Positions 27,992-37,524 of a DNA stretch of 64,000 nt are shown here, in pieces (the first letter of the stretch is position 1; each line of letters begins with the position of its first letter). The position numbers and the translations under genes were made by a program. A model generated the notes under the pieces. That model made no database searches. It had not been told where the DNA came from and saw only the letters and a list, made by a program, of their open reading frames with translations. The stretch is from Patescibacteria group bacterium (GTDB lineage Bacteria; Patescibacteriota; Microgenomatia; Levybacterales; UBA12049). The stretch lies in contig JAMDAA010000015.1 in assembly GCA_023484045.1 (NCBI GenBank), positions 8,659-72,658 of the forward strand, read 5' to 3'.

Positions 27992-30158
27992 TTTTATAGA
28001 TTCTGGTCTGCCCGTTTTCGTAAACGATTTTACCAATCTCGCTAAATTTATCTTCATATAGAGCAGGATATTTTTCGCGCTCTAAATCGCCGACAAAAAC
28101 ATAAGAAATTTTGTATTTATCGATCAATTGCTTTACTAGATCGATATCTATCATTTCGTAAAGCTCCTTAACTTCGTTTATTCTCGGGGCTGGAATATCA
28201 TATGTTCCGCGCCACAACCACTCATGCACTGTCCAGCCTAAAACCGTCGGAAGACCTGTATTTGCTGAAACGCGGGCATAATTTGTGTAGGAATCACCTT
28301 GCGCTTCTAGAATTACAGGCTGATTTTTAATATTTTTATTTATCCAAAGAATCGCTTCGTAATCAGTCGGATAAAGTTTTTTTAGATATCGGGTTCCATC
28401 TAGTCCGTGGGTGATCTGTAAATTACCGTAATAAGAATTAATCGCAAAATATGGATAAACTGCGATTAAAAATAATCCGATACTACCAATAAATACAAAT
28501 ACTACTAATATTAAATTTTTAGTGAAATTTGATATTAATCGGAAAATAATATAACCGGAAGAAAGAGAAAGCATAATAAAAGCTTGGTAAACTAGCTTAA
28601 ACATCGTATTCGCGCGGTAATGGGCAGGATAGATGTCTTTAATATAAATAAATTCAGGGACGATTATAAGTAAAGTAGAAATAGAGATCAGAATAAGAGT
28701 AAAAAAATCAGCGACGGGAATTCGATATTCGTGTTTCGATTTTATTTTTTTAAATAAAACAATAATAAAAGCTATTGCCCAAAAATAAAAAAATCCATAA
28801 AGAATAGAAAGTTGCCATATTGGTGATTTTTGGCAATGATCGGCCTCGAATAAAAACGGTCCGATTTTTCCGATGTCGGTTAAAAATTTTGGCGCACATA
28901 AAACCCCGATTCCTGAAGCAAATGGTTTGAAGAAAATATTAAATGGAAGAGAAAAAATAAAAAAACAAATAACGATAATAAATATTATTTTTAATAATTC
29001 ATAAAGTTTTGTTTTAAAAAGCAACTCCTTGTTTAAAAATATGATAGAACCAAGCACAATTATACTGAGTAAAGCGTATATAGCACCATCCCAGGCATTG
29101 GTCATGTAAGCGGCCGCGATTAAAAAAGATACAACAACAAGTTTTTTTATATTAATTCTTTGACTCAAAAATTCATTCAGCAATAATGCGATTATTGTTA
29201 ATATTATCGGAATACCCAAAACATGTCCGTGAAGGTCTGATACAACAAACGAATAGATTGGAAATTCATGAATGGTGTTGTAAATAAAACGGGTGGCGTT
29301 TGGGTACCAATATGCGTTGGGAAATGTTTGTGGTGAGAAGATGAGTTGCCAAAAAGGAACAGGATTTTCATTGGGATATGGTTTAAAAAATGTGTAAATC
29401 GGGTGTAGATTTCCTCCGAGAGAAACCAAGAATGCTGTTAATAAGCCGCCCAATAAAATTTTGAGATTCGAGATTTTTGACTCGAATTTTCGATATATAA
29501 GGTTTACTCCGATCGAAAAAGACATAGCAAACGTAAAAGCAAACAAAGTTGCGAGCATTAAGTTATATGTTATCTGTGATGGAATTCCGGATATTTTTGT
29601 TAAAACAGCAGTTATTAAATGACCGAAATAATAATAGTTGATCGAAAACGGCGTGAACCACATATCTTTCGGCGGGAAATAGTCACTTCTTAAAATCGAA
29701 TTGACAAATCCAAAATCCATGAACTTTTCGAGTCCGTTAATATCGGGCTGGAAATTTCTGATATACGACCAAAAAAATAATCCGGCAACGAACAATAACT
29801 CCTCGAAAACAAATATTTTCCATTTTCTTTTGAACAACTCAGTTGCTGGTTTTAAGCTCAGTAATTTAGTTTTTAAATATGGATATAAAAAATAATTCGC
29901 GGAGGTGAGTAAAAGTAAAATAATAATCGAATTTAATCTTGTGAATTGCGCGATATGAGTTACTCCTAAAATAAATATTAGATAAGAAGTAATAATCGCG
30001 CTTATTATTTTTGAAAAAATATACCCCCGATCAAAAAAATTATGAAAAATGTATATAGAAAACGGCAAAAAACAAAAACCGATTATGAAAAACAATAACC
30101 ACCAATTAGCTGTAAAAAGTAAATCTAGAGATTGCATATTATTTTTTAATAACCCCAA
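27972..30158 (-). CDS. Large polytopic membrane protein with C-terminal soluble domain (DUF2298-like; GT-C-related)
   Basis: 728 aa with more than 12 TM segments, then an approximately 130-aa hydrophilic C-terminus. Last gene of the long minus-strand operon. Confidence 0.5.
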   Translation of the reverse strand: MGLLKNNMQSLDLLFTANWWLLFFIIGFCFLPFSIYIFHNFFDRGYIFSKIISAIITSYLIFILGVTHIAQFTRLNSIIILLLLTSANYFLYPYLKTKLLSLKPATELFKRKWKIFVFEELLFVAGLFFWSYIRNFQPDINGLEKFMDFGFVNSILRSDYFPPKDMWFTPFSINYYYFGHLITAVLTKISGIPSQITYNLMLATLFAFTFAMSFSIGVNLIYRKFESKISNLKILLGGLLTAFLVSLGGNLHPIYTFFKPYPNENPVPFWQLIFSPQTFPNAYWYPNATRFIYNTIHEFPIYSFVVSDLHGHVLGIPIILTIIALLLNEFLSQRINIKKLVVVSFLIAAAYMTNAWDGAIYALLSIIVLGSIIFLNKELLFKTKLYELLKIIFIIVICFFIFSLPFNIFFKPFASGIGVLCAPKFLTDIGKIGPFLFEADHCQKSPIWQLSILYGFFYFWAIAFIIVLFKKIKSKHEYRIPVADFFTLILISISTLLIIVPEFIYIKDIYPAHYRANTMFKLVYQAFIMLSLSSGYIIFRLISNFTKNLILVVFVFIGSIGLFLIAVYPYFAINSYYGNLQITHGLDGTRYLKKLYPTDYEAILWINKNIKNQPVILEAQGDSYTNYARVSANTGLPTVLGWTVHEWLWRGTYDIPAPRINEVKELYEMIDIDLVKQLIDKYKISYVFVGDLEREKYPALYEDKFSEIGKIVYENGQTRIYKINSSLN

Positions 30159-31647
30159 TATAAAAAGCTGGTCTTCCGTTTGGATAGTTTATCGTTTTTT
30201 TAATATTGAAATCAAAGCCATGAATCTCGCTTATTCGATCGTATCCTATTGCGAAAAGTTGATGCTTATTTTGGTCGAATGATTTTAGATCTCCGATAAG
30301 GCATTTAGATTCACATTTGTTTTCAGGGTCATAAAATTTAACAAAAATATTTGGTGAATTAAAATTGCCCATAATAAACATATTATCATACTGATTCTTA
30401 TTTTTTATAAAGTACTGCATGATAGGTTTTGGTCCATACTGCCATCCCCAAAAATCGGATGAATACAAAGGATATTGAATAAAATAAAATTTTGTGAAAA
30501 AGATTAAATTAATCGAAATAATAGAGACAATCATTGTGACAAGAGCAAAACTATTGATAAATCGTTTCCCGTATTGTGTCAAGATAGTAATACCGAGGCC
30601 AATAAATATTGCGAATAAAGGTGCACCAATAATTGAGCGACTGGTAAAAGGGGCGTTCGCCGTAACTGTACCTGCTATTGGATAAATAAAAAGCCAATAA
30701 ATTAGAAGTTGAGAGATTTTTTTATTTATTGTCAGAAAGGTGCTTATCAGGCCAACAAATAAAAAAGGAAGCGTTATTTTTAGTAAAGGAGTTAAACCTC
30801 CTGTAAAATGTCGAGTAATAAAGGTGGGTTCGCCTATCATAAAATATGATGGAGAAAGTTGTGCAAGATAATTCTGGATGATTCGTAAAATAGTTTGTGT
30901 AAAAGACAATTTTGCAGAAAAAACGGATACCATATTAAAACGAGCAATGCCCTCTCCGTTAAAAAAACTTAAGATAAGCGGTATGCTCAAGATAAAAAAT
31001 AATAACAATCCAGCAATAGTTTCTTTTTTGTGTAAAAAATATGCTTTCCTATAAATTAATAAAACTCCTATTAAGAGGAACGGTATTAAAAGTCTCGCTG
31101 GTTGATATGTGTATAATGTTAAAGCGGCAAGGATAAAAGCAGGTATAACAAAAAACTTATGACGTGTTGCTTTTATCAATAAAAAAATAGTGGCTATAAA
31201 GAATGTGTTGTAAATCGTGAACTCGAAACCCGTTCTATTGTAATGAATTAACCAAGGCATAGTAGCTGTTATAAAAGCAATTAAAAGCCCAAAACGTTTT
31301 GAGCGAATTTCTTTCCCCAAAAAATACATAAGAATTATTGTTATTAACCCGCAAAAGACCGATGGTAATCTTACGCTTGTCTCATTCAATCCAAAAATAA
31401 ATATAAAAGGAATTGTTAGATAGGTTGCTAATGGAGGGCGATAATCTCCAAAAGACCGAAAGAATATAGGGGAAGAGATACCGTATTCATCCTTTCCGGT
31501 GTTGAGAAGCGAATATGCATTGTAACCGATAGAAGCTTCATCATAGAAAAATCCAGAAGGGATATTAGAAAGTCCATATATTCTTAAAATAAATCCCAAA
31601 AAGACAATAAAAAATAATATTACGAATTCAATTTTTATTCTCCCCAT
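30139..31647 (-). CDS. GT-C fold glycosyltransferase (GT39/GT83, ArnT/PMT_2-like)
   Basis: 'FFYDEASIGYNAYSLLNTGKDEYGISSPIFFRSFGDYRPPL' is the canonical PMT_2/ArnT first periplasmic loop with the DE motif. Confidence 0.75.
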   Translation of the reverse strand: MGRIKIEFVILFFIVFLGFILRIYGLSNIPSGFFYDEASIGYNAYSLLNTGKDEYGISSPIFFRSFGDYRPPLATYLTIPFIFIFGLNETSVRLPSVFCGLITIILMYFLGKEIRSKRFGLLIAFITATMPWLIHYNRTGFEFTIYNTFFIATIFLLIKATRHKFFVIPAFILAALTLYTYQPARLLIPFLLIGVLLIYRKAYFLHKKETIAGLLLFFILSIPLILSFFNGEGIARFNMVSVFSAKLSFTQTILRIIQNYLAQLSPSYFMIGEPTFITRHFTGGLTPLLKITLPFLFVGLISTFLTINKKISQLLIYWLFIYPIAGTVTANAPFTSRSIIGAPLFAIFIGLGITILTQYGKRFINSFALVTMIVSIISINLIFFTKFYFIQYPLYSSDFWGWQYGPKPIMQYFIKNKNQYDNMFIMGNFNSPNIFVKFYDPENKCESKCLIGDLKSFDQNKHQLFAIGYDRISEIHGFDFNIKKTINYPNGRPAFYIGVIKK

Positions 31648-33271
31648 TTAGTATTTGAGATAGTGCTTCCTGAGTTAATCTTTTGGTGTTTTTAAAAATT
31701 ATTACTTTTGGATGATCGTATACTTGGAATGTTTCTTCGCTCGAATCATCTTTTATTGTCAATCCGAATAGCGAAGGATAAGAAGTAAATTCACCTACTT
31801 TTTTATATCCCAATTTTTTAGCAAAAAGCAATTTATAATATTTACTCGTGATCGGATATTTTTTATCGAGATTAATAAGAGTTCCGTATAATCGTCGACT
31901 ATTAATAACAATGTAATCAGCGGTTGATAATTTTTCAGTATAATAATTTATTTTATCGGAATTGTCAGGATCGTATATCGTTAATTGCTCGAATTGATAT
32001 TGGGCGGGGGAATAATTCTTAAAAGAAACAGGGAGGCCATCGTCCCAATGTTCTCCTAAGATTTTACTTCCACTCGGAATATTTTTATAAATCCATTTTG
32101 ACGCCGAAATTCGTGTTTGCTCTTTGACGTATATCGAGAAAAAAGCGAGCGCCCAAAAGATTGTTGTTATTGCGAAGAAATACAATAAAAATTTTCCAAT
32201 AAATTTTGTTTTTTTCGCGATAATATACAGGAGATAACTCGAAAAAATAATCAAAAAAGGTAAAATCGGCACCATAAAGCGTATGAATTTTGTGTGCCAC
32301 GAACCGACGTATAGAAAGTAGACGATCGGGAAAGATAATAAAATTATAAGTTTATAGTCTTTATTTTTTATAAGTTTAATAAAAATTAAGATTAATCCTA
32401 AAGGGATAATTATCGTAATTAATCCTAGTTGCCAGAAAAGATTTATAAACTGGAATAAATAAGAAGGCGTGTTAGTGAATTGAAGCGTATAAGGAACAAG
32501 TAGGGTTCCGAGCGCGACTCCTGATTCATAACGCATCGATTCGAGGAATTTATTCCAGGAAAAAAAAGTATACGGAGAAAAGATTATAAAAATACATAAA
32601 CTGATTATTAAATAAAAAATAAATAACGCGTTTTTTTTGATAAAGTTTTTCCGATCCAGAATTATGTTTATGAGATAAGCGGTTGTCGGCAAAATCAAAA
32701 AAGATAAAGCCGTTGTTTTTGCTGCGACAGCGAGCCCAGTAACGATACCACACCCAATATAATTTTTGAAGCTTGGCTTATTGAGTAGACTTAAAGACAA
32801 TAAAGAAATTATAACAACGGTCAATGCAAGAAAGTTTTCGGTTATTCCAAGATGCGACGTTTGTATAGAAGAAACAGAGAAGGTATAGAAAAAAGCAGAG
32901 ATTAAAGCAACTCTCTCATTAAAAAGTTTTTTTGCGAGAAGGTATAGAAAAAAGATGGTAATAGTAGAATAAAGTGCCGAATAAAATCTTGCAATTAAAT
33001 TAATGTGGCCCCAATCATAGGTCCAGATGGGATTATTAGTTACTCTTACCAGCATATCTCCGGTCGCGCGGATTAAATAAATCGAAAAACCGCCGTAAGC
33101 AAAAAAATCTGGATTTAATTGTTTGAAAAAAGAGATTCTCGTAACGGCATTTGCGATATTTCTTTCGTCGGGGTGAAACATGTTGCCCTGATCCCAATTA
33201 AGATTGTAAAATCTTAAAAAAGCCCCGATTAATAAAAAGACTATCAATATTATTTTTGTTTTAAATTTCAT
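31628..33271 (-). CDS. GT-C fold glycosyltransferase (ArnT/PMT_2-like)
   Basis: 'NMFHPDERNIANAVTRI' first-loop motif. About 13 TM segments and a C-terminal soluble domain. Confidence 0.65.
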   Translation of the reverse strand: MKFKTKIILIVFLLIGAFLRFYNLNWDQGNMFHPDERNIANAVTRISFFKQLNPDFFAYGGFSIYLIRATGDMLVRVTNNPIWTYDWGHINLIARFYSALYSTITIFFLYLLAKKLFNERVALISAFFYTFSVSSIQTSHLGITENFLALTVVIISLLSLSLLNKPSFKNYIGCGIVTGLAVAAKTTALSFLILPTTAYLINIILDRKNFIKKNALFIFYLIISLCIFIIFSPYTFFSWNKFLESMRYESGVALGTLLVPYTLQFTNTPSYLFQFINLFWQLGLITIIIPLGLILIFIKLIKNKDYKLIILLSFPIVYFLYVGSWHTKFIRFMVPILPFLIIFSSYLLYIIAKKTKFIGKFLLYFFAITTIFWALAFFSIYVKEQTRISASKWIYKNIPSGSKILGEHWDDGLPVSFKNYSPAQYQFEQLTIYDPDNSDKINYYTEKLSTADYIVINSRRLYGTLINLDKKYPITSKYYKLLFAKKLGYKKVGEFTSYPSLFGLTIKDDSSEETFQVYDHPKVIIFKNTKRLTQEALSQILNGENKN

Positions 33272-34538
33272 TTCTCTCGATCAATTTAGCTATTTTTTCT
33301 CCCATTTCAATAGCGTAATTTGTCCCCCGGTCCCATGGATAAACCTGTTCCATGTCTACGAGATAAACATTTTCTAAAGGAGTTTCACAAGGTAAAATAT
33401 TTTTTCCATAATTTGTGTCGACTACCGGTTGCGCAAATTCATCCTTAAACAAGCGGTAATCAACCAAAAATTCTTTATAATTTTTATTTATTTTTTTTAA
33501 AAAAGGATCATAAATTCTGATCAACTCATCTTTTGATTTTGAAAATAGTTTATCGTTGGATTGCAGATATTTTCCGAGATAGACAAGATGTTCATTATTA
33601 TAGTTACTCTTGTCGACGAAATTTGTGTGTTCGACGATCGCCATGATCGGCCAGGAGTTGTCGCAAATGCTTAGCCAGTATGTATTATCTTTTAAGAATT
33701 TTTCTTTAAGCCTCAATACTAAATTTAATACTCCGAGTGTTTTTATTTTTTCAGCCTTTTTTCGATAATCGTCCGGTAAGTTTTTTGTGATTTTTAGAAA
33801 TTGACGAGACGGAATTGTTACGATGACTTTATTAAATTCATAAAATTTATTAGCAGTCTTTATCGTGATTTTTTCATCGATTTTTTTTATTTCACTTACT
33901 TCACTTTTGAAAAAAACATTTCCTTTCAACACTTTAATTTTTTTTAAAATTGTATTTTCGAATTCTAAAAATCCGCCCTTTGGATAAGCGAGTTCTGTCG
34001 TACGTTTTTTAATTCTTGCCCAGAACCACGCTAAAGAAATATTTTTTGAAGAGTCGCCAAACTTGCCAATTAACTGAGGTTCCCAAATCATCCCGTAGGC
34101 TTTTTTACCCATCGCTTTCGGTAAAAAATCAGCGGTGTTTATATTCTCAAATATTTTCCAAAACGGATTAAATTTTAAGAAGGCCAAAACAGCAGCCATC
34201 CTTATTCTTTCAAAAATATTTAATTTCGAGAAACTTAATACTTTTGAAGGAGAATCGAGTTGATAAATTTTACCGTCGATGTAAACAGAAGTTTTTGGTC
34301 GGATTATTAAGACATCGTGCTCAATTTCTTTGGCAAAATTTAATGCGTTTTTGTCATTAGTAAAAAAATGATGGTAATACTTATCGAGCGTCCAGCGCCA
34401 ATTTTTTTCTTTAAATCCAGATGCGAGTCCGCCGGGTAAATCGCTCTTTTCAAAGATCGTTACGTCATGGCCTAATTTTAATAAATGTAAAGCTACTGAT
34501 AGTCCTTCGATTCCGGCGCCGATTATCGCGATTTTCAT
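33261..34538 (-). CDS. FAD/NAD(P)-binding Rossmann oxidoreductase (amine-oxidase/UDP-galactopyranose-mutase-like)
   Basis: 'MKIAIIGAGIEGLSVA...IFEKSDLPGGLASGF' dinucleotide-binding motif. 'YHHFFTNDKNALNF' resembles the Glf 'GPHIFHTN' region. The Glf-like call is tentative. Confidence 0.55.
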   Translation of the reverse strand: MKIAIIGAGIEGLSVALHLLKLGHDVTIFEKSDLPGGLASGFKEKNWRWTLDKYYHHFFTNDKNALNFAKEIEHDVLIIRPKTSVYIDGKIYQLDSPSKVLSFSKLNIFERIRMAAVLAFLKFNPFWKIFENINTADFLPKAMGKKAYGMIWEPQLIGKFGDSSKNISLAWFWARIKKRTTELAYPKGGFLEFENTILKKIKVLKGNVFFKSEVSEIKKIDEKITIKTANKFYEFNKVIVTIPSRQFLKITKNLPDDYRKKAEKIKTLGVLNLVLRLKEKFLKDNTYWLSICDNSWPIMAIVEHTNFVDKSNYNNEHLVYLGKYLQSNDKLFSKSKDELIRIYDPFLKKINKNYKEFLVDYRLFKDEFAQPVVDTNYGKNILPCETPLENVYLVDMEQVYPWDRGTNYAIEMGEKIAKLIERNEI

Positions 34539-35926
34539 AAACTAATATTACCGCGGGTTACGAGGAACAAAAGAACGCCAATGGTAGTTGTTGCTATCGC
34601 CGCGATGGCACCGATTATAGCAGATGAACTACCCGGTTTTGCAGGTGCAAGCGTCGGAGTTGCCGATGCCACCGGGGCTTGGGTAATAGTCGGCGTCGGG
34701 GTTAAAGTGGGCGACGGTATTTGTGTCGGAGAAGGTGTCGATAGAATAGGTGTTGGAGTCGACGTTATTTTTATCGTCGGAGTTGCCGATGGGGTCGCCG
34801 ATTCATTAACTTGCGAACCTTGCGCGTAAACGGTAAAAGATTGAGTTATTGTTTTAAGCACGCCGAATTTATCCGGGGCGATTATCGACACCGTGTGTTG
34901 TCCCGGAGAGAGCGTTTTTTGAGGACGGAAACTCCAATTGCCTTTATTGTCAACTATAACTTGAGTTTGAATATTTTCATCAGAATGAATAATCAATTTT
35001 ATACTTGCGCCGGGAGAAGCAACACCTTTAAATAATGGTTGCTGATCCGTAAACTTCTCTTCATCTTTCGGCGTTAAAATCTCGGCATTTTTATTCGATA
35101 CTTGATTTGCAGAAAATGCCGGAAAATTGACATTGGCAGATGCAGAAGACTCTTCTTCTGACACATTGATCGGCGAATTCCCGGTCGTAAAATCATAATC
35201 TTTAGAAAGCGTAATGGTTGGGACGACGTTTATCTGATTAGCAAATAACTTAACATTGGATCTGGCCGAAGGTCCGATAGCTAACATTTGAAGCTTCGTA
35301 TCTTTAGAAATAGGGAAAAAAGACTTAAGATCGTCTGTCCTCAACGCATTTAGTGGGATTATATAACTGCCGTCTCCTTTTACGATCGTCGATGTAGTTT
35401 GGGCTTTTGGGATAGTTATATATACAATTGCTTCTTGAGGATTGGTTCCGTCGGGCATGATTACTTTTCCGACAATCGGCTGTTGTGCAGAAGGAGAAGC
35501 CTCAATATTAGGCGCTATAGTTATCTCAAAAAGTGTTTCATTGTTCTGGAAAGTGTCTTGTCCGGATACAATATTAAAAAAATATTTCGCCGAAGGTTTT
35601 AATCCCCGAACCATAAAATAATGAAGTTTGTACGCCGCGACGTTTCCCGATTGCTGATCCCGTGTGTCCAGCGCCGTCGATCCTAAATTACTCGTTTCAC
35701 CGTAGGAAATCGATCCTAAAACACTCGCGTCTGTTTCGTAAGACACAGTAAAAGAAATTTCAGAAACATTCGTGATTCGGACATTTTTAGGTGTATTGGT
35801 CGGAGAAGCCTTGCTTACAAAAATCGTACCGTTTTTTACGAGAATAGAAGTCACAGTGATACCGATTATTATTAAAAATAATCCCAAAAGTGTCGGTATT
35901 CTTTTTCTCCAGATATTATTTTTCAT
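34535..35926 (-). CDS. Surface protein: N-terminal anchor, FN3/β-sandwich-like domains, Pro/Thr linker, C-terminal PG-[SD]...TM sorting-like tail
   Basis: 'VRITNVSEISFTVSYETD' is FN3-like. Linker 'PTPILSTPSPTQIPSPTLTPTPTIT'. C-terminus 'PAKPGSSSAIIGAIAAIATTTIGVLLFLVTRGNISL'. Confidence 0.55.
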   Translation of the reverse strand: MKNNIWRKRIPTLLGLFLIIIGITVTSILVKNGTIFVSKASPTNTPKNVRITNVSEISFTVSYETDASVLGSISYGETSNLGSTALDTRDQQSGNVAAYKLHYFMVRGLKPSAKYFFNIVSGQDTFQNNETLFEITIAPNIEASPSAQQPIVGKVIMPDGTNPQEAIVYITIPKAQTTSTIVKGDGSYIIPLNALRTDDLKSFFPISKDTKLQMLAIGPSARSNVKLFANQINVVPTITLSKDYDFTTGNSPINVSEEESSASANVNFPAFSANQVSNKNAEILTPKDEEKFTDQQPLFKGVASPGASIKLIIHSDENIQTQVIVDNKGNWSFRPQKTLSPGQHTVSIIAPDKFGVLKTITQSFTVYAQGSQVNESATPSATPTIKITSTPTPILSTPSPTQIPSPTLTPTPTITQAPVASATPTLAPAKPGSSSAIIGAIAAIATTTIGVLLFLVTRGNISL

Positions 35927-36258
35927 GGTGATTTACTCGCTCCTTGTGTGCCTTGCGTAACCGATTCCAGTTGTAAGACAACGGACGGCGTGGGTGTCGT
36001 GATTATAGTAGGAGAGCCAGTTGCGGAATTTGTTTCCGAAAGGCCTTTTTTAAATTCAAAGACAGGAGTTATTTGTTGTCTTTTTTTGAGCATATCGATT
36101 GTTTTTGTGTCGAAGTTAGGATTAATCGCAGATGTTTGGACATTTAATGTTTCGGGAATAGTCGATGTTGCAAAATTATGGTAAATACTGAATATAATCC
36201 AGAATACTACTAGAACAACAGAAGATATTAATAGAAATATTATTTCTCTTTTTTTCAT
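35923..36258 (-). CDS. Small N-terminal-TM protein in the pilNO operon
   Basis: 111 aa. Overlaps its neighbours by 4 bp and 1 bp. Unknown function. Confidence 0.45.
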   Translation of the reverse strand: MKKREIIFLLISSVVLVVFWIIFSIYHNFATSTIPETLNVQTSAINPNFDTKTIDMLKKRQQITPVFEFKKGLSETNSATGSPTIITTPTPSVVLQLESVTQGTQGASKSP

Positions 36259-36259
36259 G

Positions 36260-36874
36260 TTAAGTTTTGAAATAAGCCTTGGCTTTTAGATTCAATTGCA
36301 AGTCATTTTCATTAGATGAGCTTTTGGAAAGAGAAATCGTGTCGATCGTTACGATTCGATCAAAATCACTCAAAGAATAAAGAAAATTTTTTATGTTATC
36401 GTATGTGCCTGTAATATCGACTGAAAAATTAAACGAATAATTTATTGGTTCTTTTTTTGATTCAGAAATTTCGACCTGAGATACTTGAAGTCTTTTAATC
36501 GCAACACCTGAATTTCCCGCAATAGCTTGAATTTGTCCTGCTAAAATTGGGATCATCGGACTTTGCGGGATCGCGGACAAAACGATAGGGATATCGTTTG
36601 TTAATACATTATATTTTTGTTGAAGAATACTCAGGTTATTAATTTTTTCGGTTAATTCTTGGTCAACAAGCTGATTGTCGGCAAGCTGTCTCCTTAAATT
36701 GGATATCGTCGAAAGAGTCGGACTTATCGCAAATAAGCCAAAAACAGAAACCGCGATAAGTGTAAAAGCAATAGTCGTAAATGCTCTCGCTTTTTCCTGT
36801 TTAAAAGTATTCGAGATTACTTTAAGGTATTTCGCGTCTTTTAAATTTTTTAAAATATTTTTACGTGGTTCCAT
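36260..36874 (-). CDS. pilO: Type IV pilus assembly protein PilO-like
   Basis: Cytoplasmic N-terminus, single TM, coiled-coil 'ISNLRRQLADNQLVDQELTEKINNLSILQQKY', C-terminal β-rich domain. Sits directly downstream of pilN. Confidence 0.55.
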   Translation of the reverse strand: MEPRKNILKNLKDAKYLKVISNTFKQEKARAFTTIAFTLIAVSVFGLFAISPTLSTISNLRRQLADNQLVDQELTEKINNLSILQQKYNVLTNDIPIVLSAIPQSPMIPILAGQIQAIAGNSGVAIKRLQVSQVEISESKKEPINYSFNFSVDITGTYDNIKNFLYSLSDFDRIVTIDTISLSKSSSNENDLQLNLKAKAYFKT

Positions 36875-36876
36875 AT

Positions 36877-37431
36877 TTATTTAGTTTTTAATTTTATCGT
36901 TAAGCTTGTAATTATGATTCCACTAGACGTTTTGTTTTCGATTTTATCGATACTAATTGAGTCGGGCTTCAGTTGATTTTTTATAGATTTAATAAAAGAG
37001 GCTAAAGAGGTTATCGATCTGACATCGCCCTCGATTTTTATGCGGTCCTGCGAATATATTAAATTCGAAGTCATGAAATCACTCGGGGTTGATTCTACGA
37101 TACTACTAAATATTTTTGTTGTTTCGTTCCCCTTGTTGGATAATTTTGAAGCGAGAAGAAGACGGTCTTGGAGATCCCGGTACTTCGCTTCGTTTCCCTT
37201 CCAGCTTAATACAATTGCTTGTTTTTGTCTGATTTTATCGTGGAGATCGATCAATTGTCGATCAAGAGAGAAGCGATACAAAAAGGCCGAAAGTGCGATT
37301 ACTTCGGTCGCGATTACGATTAAGCGTCCGATCGTTAACGACCAGGTTATAAATTTTTCCAAAAGACTTTTTCGGTCTTTAAATAAATTGATCGACGGCG
37401 TTTTTGCCATACCAATGCTAAGTAACACCAA
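36877..37431 (-). CDS. pilN: Type IV pilus assembly protein PilN-like
   Basis: N-terminal 'INLFKDRK' (INLLP-type PilM-binding motif), single TM 'LTIGRLIVIATEVIALSAFLY', coiled coil. Confidence 0.6.
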   Translation of the reverse strand: MVLLSIGMAKTPSINLFKDRKSLLEKFITWSLTIGRLIVIATEVIALSAFLYRFSLDRQLIDLHDKIRQKQAIVLSWKGNEAKYRDLQDRLLLASKLSNKGNETTKIFSSIVESTPSDFMTSNLIYSQDRIKIEGDVRSITSLASFIKSIKNQLKPDSISIDKIENKTSSGIIITSLTIKLKTK

Positions 37432-37524
37432 AATTTGGTGCTATGTTTAGTCTATGAGGTTTTTAAATTTTTGTAAAGCGGGATATATTTTATTTTAAAA
37501 CCAGGATGTTATAATTAATGATCT

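Noticed and set aside
33261-34538. FAD enzyme as a DprE1-type decaprenylphosphoribose oxidase, to complete an arabinan-like pathway with the UbiA gene.
   Set aside because: DprE1 belongs to the VAO/PCMH FAD-binding family. This protein has an N-terminal Rossmann GxGxxG fold (amine-oxidase/Glf-like), so the DprE1 assignment is not supported.
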